Source of the DNA: a virus | IMG/VR virus record: IMGVR_UViG_3300045988_023742 | Span: 32,001-96,000 of that record | DNA: 64,000 nt | Direction: 5' to 3' (one strand) | Shown here: positions 51,399 to 62,500 of the stretch, one piece after another | Layout of the letters: each line of letters starts with the position of its first letter | How positions within the stretch are numbered: position 1 is the stretch's first letter | The notes under the pieces: generated by a model | Told to the model about the DNA's origin: nothing | Databases searched by the model: none | Seen by the model: only the letters and a program-made list of their open reading frames with translations | Program-made: the position numbers and the translations under genes

Positions 51399-53634
51399 AT
51401 ACCAAACACCTCTTACTGATAAACTACTTGATACTTTACCAGATGAAGTAAGAGACCAACTATTTGACATTATTAATAATGTAGAGTTTGTCAAGAGGTT
51501 AATATCTCCTAGTAGAGGTTATGCTAAGGACAGACCAAGAGATGAAAGTGGAAAGATTATTGTAGATTTAGCTAATCCACATATATTAGAGAACATGGAT
51601 TACTTTAGACCAACAGCTTTACATTATGAAAAATATGGTACTCTTACTAATTTGAGACCTAATGCTAATCCAAATAGTGCTTATGGTAAATGGGTAAGAG
51701 AGGAGAAGAGAAGATGTTGGGAAGGTTATGTAAGAGAGAGTGATGGAGAATGGGTTACAGGTTATATGTATTGGTTCTTAAATTACTCTCCTATTATGTT
51801 ATCTAAAATAAGAAAAGGTTCTAAAAGAGCAGATAGAATTGAGGCTCTACCAGAGTGTTGGGAAGGAATTTATTGGAGATTTCATTGTATGGACCAAGCT
51901 TCAAATGGTGGTATATACAATAATTTCCAAGGAGGTCAGCACATGGCTGAACTTGCATCTAGAGGTAAGGGTAAGAGTTATAGTTTAGCATCTATACTTA
52001 ATCATATCTTTGTATTAGGAGAGAATGAAGAAGCACATGAGAAGGTAAAAGGTATTGTTACTGCTTATCAGAAAGAATATCTTACAAAGGATGGTGTATT
52101 AAATAAGTTTGTAGATATGGCTAATTTCTGTGCATCTAATACTCAATTTCCTAGAAAGAGATTGAAAAACTCATTACAAGAAATGACTTGGATAATGGGT
52201 TATAAAGATGCAGAACTTGATATTGAGAAGGGTACTCAGAATACAGTACTTGGTGTATCATCAAAGGATGATGAATCTAAGTTGAGAGGTAAGAGAGCTG
52301 CTAAAATACTTATAGAAGAGTTTGGTACATTTCCTAGATTAACAGACCTTTATAATGTGTTGTTACCTTCTGTTCAAGAAGGTGATATTGTATTTGGTCA
52401 GATATATATGCTTGGTACTGCTGGTGATAATGAATCAGACTTTGCTGGTGCTCAGGAAATTATGTATAACCCAAAAGGTTATAATATGTATGCATTACCT
52501 AATGTGTTTGATAAATTTAATCAAGGAAGACCATACTTTGTATTTTTCTTTCCTGGTTATATAAATAGAAAGGGATGTTACAATCATGATGGAGTATCTG
52601 ATGTAATCAAAGCCTTAATAGAGATTCTATTAAATAGGTATAGAGTAAAGTATAATTCTACTGACCCTAATACAATCATTAAAACTATTGCTGAAGTCCC
52701 TATTACTCCAGCAGAAGCTATTGTAAAGACAGGTGTTAATATGTTCCCTGTTGCTGACCTTACAGAAAGATTAGGTCAATTAGATAGTAACCCAAGAGAA
52801 TATGATGATGTATATACTGGAGATTTAACTCTTAATAATAGTGGTATAGTAGAATTTAGACCTACAAGTGATATGCCTATTAGAGAGTTTCCTCATAAGG
52901 ACAATAAGATTGAGGGTGCATTTGAGATATTCCAAATGCCTGAAATAGATAAAAGAACAGGAAAGGCTTATAATGCTAGATACATACTTGGCTGTGACCC
53001 TTATGATGATGATGAATCAAATACTATGTCTCTAGGTTCTGTTTGGGTACTAGACCTATGGACTGATAAGATTGTAGCTGAGTATACTGGTAGACCCCCC
53101 TTTGCTGATGATTTCTTTGAGAAAGTAAGAAGACTATGCTTATTTTATAATGGTAGAATGAACTATGAGAATAATAAGAAAGGTCTATTTGCGTATTTCT
53201 CTAGAATGAATTGTACCTATCTTTTAACAGACCAATTAGAGTTCTTGAAGGATAAACAGATGATTAAAGATACTGGTTATGGTAATAAAGCTAAAGGTAC
53301 TAATGCTACAGAAGCTATAAATGCTTTTGCTAGGAATAGACTTAGAGCTTGGTTGCTTAAACCAACTACAGTCATACAAGTTGTAGATGGAGAAGAAACT
53401 GAAGTTGATATTCCAAATCTATTTACACTTAGAAGTAGAGCATTCATTAAAGAGCTAATAAATTATAATAGTGAAGGTAACTTTGATAGAATATCAGCAG
53501 CAGGAATGTTGATGCTTCTTAGAGAAGATAGAATAATTCTTTATCAAGGAAAGGTATCTAAGGAAAAGCAAGAAGCTGCTAATTCTAGCTATTTAGGTAA
53601 TGACCCATTCTTTAAGAGGAACTATAAACAGTAA
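51382..53634 (+). CDS. terL: Terminase large subunit
   Basis: Walker A SRGKGKS, Walker B KILIEEFG, nuclease-domain acidic motif GCDPYDDD. 750 aa. Confidence 0.85.
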   Translation: MIEVNKYQTPLTDKLLDTLPDEVRDQLFDIINNVEFVKRLISPSRGYAKDRPRDESGKIIVDLANPHILENMDYFRPTALHYEKYGTLTNLRPNANPNSAYGKWVREEKRRCWEGYVRESDGEWVTGYMYWFLNYSPIMLSKIRKGSKRADRIEALPECWEGIYWRFHCMDQASNGGIYNNFQGGQHMAELASRGKGKSYSLASILNHIFVLGENEEAHEKVKGIVTAYQKEYLTKDGVLNKFVDMANFCASNTQFPRKRLKNSLQEMTWIMGYKDAELDIEKGTQNTVLGVSSKDDESKLRGKRAAKILIEEFGTFPRLTDLYNVLLPSVQEGDIVFGQIYMLGTAGDNESDFAGAQEIMYNPKGYNMYALPNVFDKFNQGRPYFVFFFPGYINRKGCYNHDGVSDVIKALIEILLNRYRVKYNSTDPNTIIKTIAEVPITPAEAIVKTGVNMFPVADLTERLGQLDSNPREYDDVYTGDLTLNNSGIVEFRPTSDMPIREFPHKDNKIEGAFEIFQMPEIDKRTGKAYNARYILGCDPYDDDESNTMSLGSVWVLDLWTDKIVAEYTGRPPFADDFFEKVRRLCLFYNGRMNYENNKKGLFAYFSRMNCTYLLTDQLEFLKDKQMIKDTGYGNKAKGTNATEAINAFARNRLRAWLLKPTTVIQVVDGEETEVDIPNLFTLRSRAFIKELINYNSEGNFDRISAAGMLMLLREDRIILYQGKVSKEKQEAANSSYLGNDPFFKRNYKQ

Positions 53635-53655
53635 ATTTAGTAAAAAATAGTAAAT

Positions 53656-53690
53656 AATTCACTTAGATTCTTGTCTAAGTGAATTTTTTT
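53656..53690 (+). terminator. Rho-independent terminator
   Basis: AATTCACTTAGA-ttcttg-TCTAAGTGAATT followed by TTTTT. Confidence 0.7.
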
Positions 53691-53701
53691 ATGTACCTTT
53701 G
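53670..53701 (+). promoter_or_regulatory. Bacteroidota-type promoter for the portal/tail operon
   Basis: -7 TACCTTTG at 53694-53701, with cTTG 20 nt upstream. It overlaps the terminator hairpin. Confidence 0.55.
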
Positions 53702-53724
53702 CAGAGTTAAATTATTAAAGAGCT

Positions 53725-56136
53725 ATGAGTGAATTTTTGCAGTTTCCACCTCAGCAGCTTCCTATGAGTAAGAAGACAAAGAAATGGAGAAAGCAGATTC
53801 TTGATTGGGGTTCTAATAGAGCTACAATTACTAGTTCATTAGTTAGGAAAAGTGTAATACACAAAAGGATTAATTATGACTTGTTGAATGGTATAGTACA
53901 TCTTAATGATATGATGACTATTATCAATCCAGATAATATACAGGCACAATTCATTCCTAGTAAGATTCAACATTATCCTATTATGAACTCTAAACTCAAT
54001 GTTCTGAGAGGTGAGGAGTCTAAAAGAGTCTTTGACTTTAGGGTTGTTATTACTAATCCTAACTCTATCTCAGAGATTGAGAATAACAAGAAGCAAGCTT
54101 TACTTCAAGACTTACAACAAGCAGTTGCTGATACTTCTCAGTCAGAGGAGGAATTTAATGCTAGGCTAGAAAAGTTAAATGATTATTATACATTTGAGTG
54201 GCAAGATATGAGAGAGATAAGAGCTAATGCTCTACTTAATCATTATTCTAAAGAATATAATATGCCACTTATGTTCAATAAGGGGTTCATGGATGCTATG
54301 ACAGTTGCAGAAGAGATATATCAATGTGACATTGTAGGAGGTGAACCTGTTATTGAAAGACTTAATCCAAACAAGGTTAGAGTCTATAAGTCAGGATATT
54401 CTAATAGAATAGAAGATGCTGATGTTATTGTTATAGAAGACTATTGGAGTCCAGGTAAGATAATTGATACATACTATGATGTTCTTAGTAAGAAGGATAT
54501 GGAGTATATTGAAAAATTACCTAATAAAATGGACCAAGGTTCAATAGATTCTATGGATAATGTAGACCCAAGACATGAGTTCATTAGAGTTAATGATGGA
54601 GTTGCAGGAGATGCTATTTATAAGGATGGTTTCTTCTGGAGTCCAAATGGAAATGCTAGTGGTGAAAGTGATTCTATGTTACCTTATGATATAGAAGGAA
54701 ACATTAGAGTTGTTAGAATGTTTTGGAAGTCTAGAAGGAGAATTAAGAAGATTAAATACTATGATGAACATGGTGAAGAGCAATTTAAGTTTAGGGATGA
54801 AAACTATGTAGCTAATACTGATTTAGGTGAAGAAGAGCAAATACTTTATATTAATGAAGCTTGGGAAGGTACTAGAATAGGTGAGGACATCTATGTTAAT
54901 ATGAGACCAAGAGTAGTTCAATATAATAGATTAAGTAATCCTTCAAGATGTCACTTTGGTATTATAGGTTCTATTTATAATCTTAATGATGATAAACCAT
55001 TTTCATTAGTAGATATGATGAAGCCATTTAGTTATCTTTATGATGCTATCCATGACAGACTCAATAAACTATTAGCCAAGAATTGGGGTAAGATAGTTAC
55101 TCTAGACCTAGCTAAAGTTCCTGCTGGATGGGATGTAGAGAAATGGCTTTATTTTGCAAAGACAAATAACATTGCAGTAGTAGATAGTTTCAAAGAAGGT
55201 AACATTGGTGCAGCTACTGGTAAATTAGCTGGTGCTATGAATAATGCTTCTAGTGGAGTTATTGATGCTGAGCTTGGTAACTCTATACAACAGAACATTA
55301 ATCTACTTGAATTTATCAAGATGGAAATGTCTGATGTAGCAGGCATTTCTAAGCAAAGAGAAGGTCAGATTTCAAATAGAGAAACTGTAGGTGGTGTAGA
55401 AAGAGCTACATTGCAATCTTCACATATTACTGAATGGCTATTTATAATCCATGAGGATGTTAAGAAAAGAGTTTTGGAGTGCTTTCTTGAGACAGCTAAG
55501 ATAGCTCTTAGAAGTAGAAGTAAGAAGTTCCAATATATTCTTTCTGATGGCTCTATGAAGGTTATGGACATTGATGGTGATGAATTTGCTGAGGCTGATT
55601 ATGGTCTTGTAGTTGATAACAGTAATGCTATACAAGAGTTACAACAAAAAATGGATATGTTGGCTCAGGCAGCTCTACAAAATCAAACATTAAACTTCTC
55701 TACTATCATGAAACTATATAATAGTTGTTCTATGGCTGAGAAACAAAGAATGGTTGAGAGAAATGAACAGGAGCTAATACAGAGACAACAAGAAGCACAG
55801 CAGCAGCAACTTCAACAGCAGCAACAACAAGCTGAAATGGAAGCTCAAGCTAAGGAACAAGAGATGCAATTGAAAGATATGATGAATCAAAGAGATAATG
55901 AAACTAAGATTCTAGTAGCTACAATATCTGCTAACTCAAATCAGGAGAGTGATGATGGTATTCAAGAGCAACCATTCTCAGAAGAAGCTAGAGCTAATCT
56001 TATGGAAAAGATGAGAGAGTTTGATGCTAAGTTAAAGCTTGATAGAGAGAAACTCAACTTAGATAGAGAGAGGGCTAAAACTGATGCTGAATTAAAAAGA
56101 AAGGCACTTAATAAGAAACCTCAAACTAGTAAATAA
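53725..56136 (+). CDS. Probable portal protein
   Basis: 803 aa, directly after terL. Gln-rich C-terminal coiled coil. The call rests on size and position only. Confidence 0.6.
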   Translation: MSEFLQFPPQQLPMSKKTKKWRKQILDWGSNRATITSSLVRKSVIHKRINYDLLNGIVHLNDMMTIINPDNIQAQFIPSKIQHYPIMNSKLNVLRGEESKRVFDFRVVITNPNSISEIENNKKQALLQDLQQAVADTSQSEEEFNARLEKLNDYYTFEWQDMREIRANALLNHYSKEYNMPLMFNKGFMDAMTVAEEIYQCDIVGGEPVIERLNPNKVRVYKSGYSNRIEDADVIVIEDYWSPGKIIDTYYDVLSKKDMEYIEKLPNKMDQGSIDSMDNVDPRHEFIRVNDGVAGDAIYKDGFFWSPNGNASGESDSMLPYDIEGNIRVVRMFWKSRRRIKKIKYYDEHGEEQFKFRDENYVANTDLGEEEQILYINEAWEGTRIGEDIYVNMRPRVVQYNRLSNPSRCHFGIIGSIYNLNDDKPFSLVDMMKPFSYLYDAIHDRLNKLLAKNWGKIVTLDLAKVPAGWDVEKWLYFAKTNNIAVVDSFKEGNIGAATGKLAGAMNNASSGVIDAELGNSIQQNINLLEFIKMEMSDVAGISKQREGQISNRETVGGVERATLQSSHITEWLFIIHEDVKKRVLECFLETAKIALRSRSKKFQYILSDGSMKVMDIDGDEFAEADYGLVVDNSNAIQELQQKMDMLAQAALQNQTLNFSTIMKLYNSCSMAEKQRMVERNEQELIQRQQEAQQQQLQQQQQQAEMEAQAKEQEMQLKDMMNQRDNETKILVATISANSNQESDDGIQEQPFSEEARANLMEKMREFDAKLKLDREKLNLDRERAKTDAELKRKALNKKPQTSK

Positions 56137-56138
56137 AT

Positions 56139-59100
56139 ATGGCATTATTTATAACAAATGAAGACCTAGAAAGGATAAAGCAGTACCTTATTGAAAATGG
56201 TATTAAGGATTCACAGTTTGAGGAACAATCTCAAATTAGAGGTGATGATTGGATAACATTAGTAGGTACTGAGGGTAACAAGAAACTCAAGATGAAAACA
56301 TTGCTCAACCTTATTATTAAGGAAGGTCAACATGACTTTAATAAGAGTGGTGTTATGGTAGTTGATACCTTAATAGAGCTTGAAAATTTTGATGCTAAGA
56401 TATATGGTAACCTTGTTTATGTAAGAGAAACTGATAGCTACTATAGCTATAGTAAAACAGGACAATGGGAACAAATACTTAAAGTCTATGTAGGACATGA
56501 AGAGCCAAAAGACCCAAATGTTCTATGGATAGACTTAGAGGATGATACTACATTATCTGCATCTGCCGATAATGAAGTTTTAGAACTTCAGAAACAAGTG
56601 CAGGAACTTACTTTGAAAGTAAAGGATATTAGTAGATTAGTAACTACTGGTATTGTTCCAGGTGATGTAAAGCACAGCTATAGAAGAGCTATAATGTCTA
56701 CAGCAGAACCCATTAAACCTGATGATGCAGAGGGTGGTGAAGAAGAGGATGATAGTGAATGGAAACCTGATACTGAAGTATCAGAACCTACTGTATTTCA
56801 TAATGCTGCAAAGCAAGATACTTCAATAAATTTTGCTCAAAATAAGCAAGACTTAGTAGATGGTGAAATGCTCTTCTATACAGATAAGAAGAAGTTTGTA
56901 ATCTACTATGGAGGTAAATTCTATGCTGCTTCTTCTGGAGGTAATACAGGAGGTGGCAGTGGAGTTACAGCAGAAGAATTACAGGACTTAGCTTTAGACC
57001 ACATGACTTTTGCTTGTGGAACTAAGCAATTTAGAGCTAGATGTAATTCTGATGGTATTTGGACAGTAACAGAATATAATGCTGAAGAAACAGCTCCAGG
57101 TAGTCCATTAGCATCTTGGGGAGTTTATATAGAACATCTGTTATGTATAAACTCTGTATTCTGTGGAGGAGAAGGTTCTGAAGAAGCTTTAGTATCACAT
57201 AACTTTGTAGAATTAGCTAATGGTTCTAAGGAGGATATTAATCTTAAAGGACTATATCTATTGTATACAGATGGTTCAAGAGAGAATGCTTCAGACATTG
57301 GTTATATTTGGAAAGTGCTACCACTTGAAGGTGTGATAAAAGCTGGCTCTACATTCTTAATTAGAGGAAATCAGTGTAACACATTAAAGTCTAGTATGAT
57401 AAAAGTAGATAGCTCTGATATGGAATGGGATATATCATTCAATCAAGGTAATTCTAGCTTCTACTTATGTGCTGGAATAGGATTTCAAGAATTACTTGAT
57501 AATAATACCTTAGGTAACCCTTGGGTTAAGAACCAAGTAAAAGTAGGTTATATTGATTCTTGTGGCTTTGGAGAAGGTTCTGTTGGTGAAGGTTCTAAGC
57601 AATTCCTTGTAGATAGTGACTGGAATAAGGTGTTGTTTGTAAGATGGTTTATGCTTGAACCTGCTAAACAAGGTAATAAAGCCTATGCAGCAAGACAGAC
57701 TACAGCTCTGTGGACATATATAGACTTGGAGAGGCAGTCTACTAGAGAAGGTAATAGTGTTCAGTACTACTATCCAGATTATATGAAAGAGAGATTTGCA
57801 CCTATGGCTTCAACAAAAGGTAAGACCTTCTTCACTAATAAGACTACATTTAATCCAAGACAAGCTAATTATCTTAATACTACCTTTGGTATTCAAGCTA
57901 CAGATAATGGAAATGGTGCTACTAGATGTTTTAACTGGGTATCTGTTGGTTACTATGATGAATATGTTGAAATAAGAAAGAAAGGAATTTCTGATTGGAC
58001 TAGACATTATTCTATAACAGAAAAGAATAGCAGCAATACTGCTACTATCAATAAGTTTATCGAGCATTATAAGAGGTTAAGATGGATAGCATCTGATGGA
58101 ACTATAGTCACTACTCATAAATGTATTGTAAGTGGTCTTACAAAAGGAGACTATGAGTACAGAGTTGGTAGAGATGATGACCCATATTATGTAAATGAAC
58201 CATTGGAGTTTAAGGTATTAGCTAATAGTGATGTTACAAGTTTTACTTATGCTCAAGTAACAGACCAACAAGGGTTCAATTGGGCAGAATATCAAGCTTG
58301 GAAAAAGTCAGCTATGATGCTTTCAAGAGAAGAGCCAGATATTCAATTCACTGTTAATACAGGTGATATAACTCAAAGTGGTAATAGAGTAAGTGAGTGG
58401 TTAGATTATTATGATGGAAGGAAATCACTCAACAATCTAGTTGAAATGTTCTCTATTGGTAATAATGACTTGTGTGGTCACAATGCAACAGAGCTTACTG
58501 ATGGAGAGGATGCAACTTCTAAGTATAATCATATCAATGTTCTTAGATACTTTACATTTGAGCTGGACCCAGATAATACTTATGAAGTAGAGTGGAATGG
58601 AGTTAAGTATCCTATATACTCTTTATATTCATTTAATTATGGTGATTTCCACTTTGTATCTTTAAATTCAGAGATAGCAATAGCATCCAGTAAAATGTAC
58701 AAGGACTGGAGTAGTGATACTTATGCAGGTGATAGAACATTTGCTGAGGCAGCTAATGCACAGATAGAGGCTTGGTTTATTAAAGACCTTCAAAAGTGGT
58801 CTGGTAAAGACACTCCAACTGACTGTGCTAAGTGTATAGTTTATATGCATGAAATGCCTTTTACCATTGTTACTTATGACTTTATGCAAGGTTCTGGCTC
58901 AAGAGCAGGTTCTCACTTAAATACTCTTAATGCTAATGGTAACTATAGATTCTCTAGACTATTCAAGAAGTTTGGTATAAGGCTTGTAATGGGTGGACAT
59001 AAGCATACTTATTGTCTAAGTAAACCTATATATGATGCTCCTTCAAACTATATTACAGCAGCTAATAAAGTAGATAGTACTATTGACATTATGGGTGCTA

Positions 59101-59582
59101 TGGAGGATAGCTTATCTAGAAAGCCTGTTATACAAGTTACAAGTGCTAAGGATGTTCAAACCAATGACTATGCTAGATATGAAGTAGTAGATAAAATTAC
59201 TGCTCCTACTTATGTAATGTCTCAAGCTACTGGTTACAAACTAGTATCAAATAAGGAGCAACCATCAGGAAATGCTTATACAATACCTTGGTTGATGGCT
59301 TACTTTAAAGCTAGTACAAATGCTAGTAGTCCTACTGAAAATGTAGCTCAGCATAAACCTATGTACATTAGATATGATGTTACTCCTACTGAAATCAAGG
59401 TTACAGCAACACAAGTAGAGAATGTGTGGAATGTAAATACTGAGAATAATACAAAATCTCTTGATATGAATAAACAGCTATCTGATTTAAGTATAACTAA
59501 GATGACACTTAGTACTACTTCAAATGAAGATATTGCTGCATATAATATAACTGATATAAAATCTTACACAATAACTTTGTGA
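56139..59582 (+). CDS. Large structural-module protein with calcineurin-like metallophosphatase domain
   Basis: Motifs NTGDITQSGN, SIGNNDL and MGGHKHTY (GDxxxxG / GNH(D/E)-like / GHxH) in the C-terminal half of a 1147-aa ORF. Confidence 0.6.
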   Translation: MALFITNEDLERIKQYLIENGIKDSQFEEQSQIRGDDWITLVGTEGNKKLKMKTLLNLIIKEGQHDFNKSGVMVVDTLIELENFDAKIYGNLVYVRETDSYYSYSKTGQWEQILKVYVGHEEPKDPNVLWIDLEDDTTLSASADNEVLELQKQVQELTLKVKDISRLVTTGIVPGDVKHSYRRAIMSTAEPIKPDDAEGGEEEDDSEWKPDTEVSEPTVFHNAAKQDTSINFAQNKQDLVDGEMLFYTDKKKFVIYYGGKFYAASSGGNTGGGSGVTAEELQDLALDHMTFACGTKQFRARCNSDGIWTVTEYNAEETAPGSPLASWGVYIEHLLCINSVFCGGEGSEEALVSHNFVELANGSKEDINLKGLYLLYTDGSRENASDIGYIWKVLPLEGVIKAGSTFLIRGNQCNTLKSSMIKVDSSDMEWDISFNQGNSSFYLCAGIGFQELLDNNTLGNPWVKNQVKVGYIDSCGFGEGSVGEGSKQFLVDSDWNKVLFVRWFMLEPAKQGNKAYAARQTTALWTYIDLERQSTREGNSVQYYYPDYMKERFAPMASTKGKTFFTNKTTFNPRQANYLNTTFGIQATDNGNGATRCFNWVSVGYYDEYVEIRKKGISDWTRHYSITEKNSSNTATINKFIEHYKRLRWIASDGTIVTTHKCIVSGLTKGDYEYRVGRDDDPYYVNEPLEFKVLANSDVTSFTYAQVTDQQGFNWAEYQAWKKSAMMLSREEPDIQFTVNTGDITQSGNRVSEWLDYYDGRKSLNNLVEMFSIGNNDLCGHNATELTDGEDATSKYNHINVLRYFTFELDPDNTYEVEWNGVKYPIYSLYSFNYGDFHFVSLNSEIAIASSKMYKDWSSDTYAGDRTFAEAANAQIEAWFIKDLQKWSGKDTPTDCAKCIVYMHEMPFTIVTYDFMQGSGSRAGSHLNTLNANGNYRFSRLFKKFGIRLVMGGHKHTYCLSKPIYDAPSNYITAANKVDSTIDIMGAMEDSLSRKPVIQVTSAKDVQTNDYARYEVVDKITAPTYVMSQATGYKLVSNKEQPSGNAYTIPWLMAYFKASTNASSPTENVAQHKPMYIRYDVTPTEIKVTATQVENVWNVNTENNTKSLDMNKQLSDLSITKMTLSTTSNEDIAAYNITDIKSYTITL

Positions 59583-59583
59583 T

Positions 59584-62500
59584 ATGAGTAATATAAAGAA
59601 ACAAAATTCAAATGGTAAATGGGATGTTTTAGCTTCGGGGAAAGCCACAGGAATAGCTGTGACTAACCCCAAGCTACTCCAAGAGGGTGAAACTATTGAC
59701 TCTGTAGATGGAGTTCTTGAGAAGCACCAAGATGCCATTGACAAGTTACAGCACAATGTCTCTTGGCTAGCTAAGCATGGAGGTGGAGGCTCAGGAGGCT
59801 CTGGTGGTGGAGGTGGTAGTGATGTAACTGAAGCTACTTGTGATATTACAGTTAATGACCAATTAACTGGTAGTGATATTCTTATTGATGAGAATGGATT
59901 GAAGATTAGTCTTACTAACATTAGTGTAAAGGTTACAAAGCCTTGGAATGTAACAGTGAGAATTGGTGCTACCCAAATAGCTTCTACAGTTCTATCTTTT
60001 ACTGCAAATACATTCTATCTAAGCTTAAGTAAGATTTCTCCTTATCTTACTAATCATACTGGTAACCTTACTATTGGAGCTTCTTATGAAGATGAGACTA
60101 ATGGTATATATGGTTCATCTTCATGGTCAGGAACTGTTCTTGAGGCTGTGGTTAATGTTAAAACTAGTAACTATAGTTTTAACTTAGATAAGCTTGATAC
60201 TGCTCAATTAGTATATAACTACTCTGTTGGTATTGTAGGAGCTTATACAATGACTATTTTAGTTGAAAAGGGAGGAATTGAGCTTGCTAGAAAAGAAATT
60301 CCTATTACAGTTAATAGTACTTCAGCTCAGGTTAAAACCATTGACTTAAGTAATATCATTCCAACAGGAATAGATTCTACTCAAATAGTTGGTGTATATA
60401 ATATAACTACTACATTGTCCTATGATGTTAATCCACTTGTTCAAGGAAGTACTAAGAGTACAATTACCATTGTAAGTGATGAGATTCTTATTGCTTCTAC
60501 TGTAATGAGTGAATCTCAAGATAAGCCTACTGAAGTAAGTCTTAGTGCATCTATAAATGTAGTATTCACTGCATACCTGCAAGGTGCTACTACTTTTAAG
60601 TATAAGCTACAAATAGCTAATACTATTGTCAAGCAAGATACTATAGGTTATTTTGGAACAGAAGTTAATGAATATCTTCCTGTTAATGGAGATTGGGCTG
60701 TAGAAAATGCAGTAGTTCCATTAATTCTAACAGTATCATCAGGTGAAAGGGTAGTAGAAAAGACATATTACATTAAGTTTGTAAAAGCTACAGATACTTT
60801 CTTAAGTGTATCATCTGCATCAAGAGTTCACTTGATAAGCGAAATGTTAGCTAGAAACTATAATACAGGTGAGTCTAAGTTTAACCTTACAGCAAGTGGC
60901 TATGAGCAAGGAGGTAGTAGTTATGATTTAACATCTGTTCTACAAACACTTAATGGAAATAACTTAAGTACTATAACTAAGCTTAGCAATGGTCTTCCAT
61001 ACTTAAGATTAAGTAATAGTGCTTATGCTAGTCTAGGTTCTTTTAAGTACAATGATAAGACATTTACACTTCCTAATCTTATAGTGACAGATGCCTTTAC
61101 AATGTCTATATGCTTTAAGGCTGATTATCATCCAGATGATGATAGAACTATATTATTCTGTGGTAATACTGATGCTACAACAGGAACTCTTACAAGTGGT
61201 ATTTCTATTGATGCTCATGATATTTATATCAATAATAGAAGTGTTGCTAAATTAACTGATGAATCTATTAACTCTGTTGATGTTACTTGTCAGAAAGTAA
61301 CAGCTAAAGATATAAATGATAAGGGTGAAGAAATTACTTATGATACATTTATCATTAAGGTATATGTTGATGGTGTATTAACAGCAGTTACTAAGGAAGC
61401 TTCCTTCCCATCTCTATCAGATAGCGTATATTTTGGTGGAAGAATAGCAGGAAATAAGCCTACATATCTATGTGATTGCAATATCTATAATTTTCAATTA
61501 TATGATACTGCTCTTACTGATTTTGACATAATGATTAACTATATTAATAATAAGGTTAGTACATCTTATATTAATAACCAACCTAACTTCTCAATTATAA
61601 CAGAAGAGTTAAAAACTAATTTCTGTGAAAGAGCAAGTAATGGTTCAGTTACTTCATATATGTTTAAGAATGGTGAATATACTATTGACTTCTTACTTGA
61701 TGGTAGTTCTCACTTGGATGTAACAAAGCTGAATAACTACGCTAAGGTATTAGGTATTCCAATTATGTTGATAGATGTTAGTACTGATGCTAACTGGACA
61801 TTTAATGCCTTTGTTACCCAGCAAACAGCTGGTAATGTATCTCTTCCAGAGACTTCTGGTAGAACTATTCAATATTGGGACCCTAATGGAGCTAATACAT
61901 CTATTATTAATATTACTAATGCTTCAGTAAAACTTCAAGGTACTTCTACACTATCTGACTCTGTAAAGAACTTGAATATAACAGTTCCTGAAGATACAGT
62001 ATTTATTCCTAAGGATACTTGGTTCCCTGAACAAACCTATACTCTTAAAGCTGATGTTGTAGATAGTTCACATAGTAATAATGCAGCTATTGGAGGATTT
62101 ATTAATGAGAAACTTGGATATGATGAACAGACAGGTGCTTTCTTCCCATTTGATAAAAATGCAATAGATAATGTATACACTTCTGACTATAAAAAGAAAC
62201 AACAGCCTACAGTAACATTAAAGCATACTGTAGAAGGTTTTCCAGTATTCTTGATAATGAAGTTTAATACCAATACTTCAAGTACTATCTCAGTTACTCC
62301 ACTTGGTATTTATTCATTTAATATTGGTAGAGATGCTTATAGAAACTTAGGTTTTAAAAAGGTCAATAGTATTAGTGATTCTGTTGGTGATGTTCCTGAA
62401 ATAAAGACATTCCCCTATCTTCTTGAGAGAGCTAGAATTAGTGAAACTGACTCTGATGCTAACTGGATTGAAATTAAAGATACTACATCTATAAAGGATT

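Noticed and set aside
59520-59921. 133-aa minus-strand ORF with a PPPPPEPPEPPPP tract.
   Set aside because: It is antisense to the fibre gene. The proline run is the reverse complement of the Gly/Ser linker codons.
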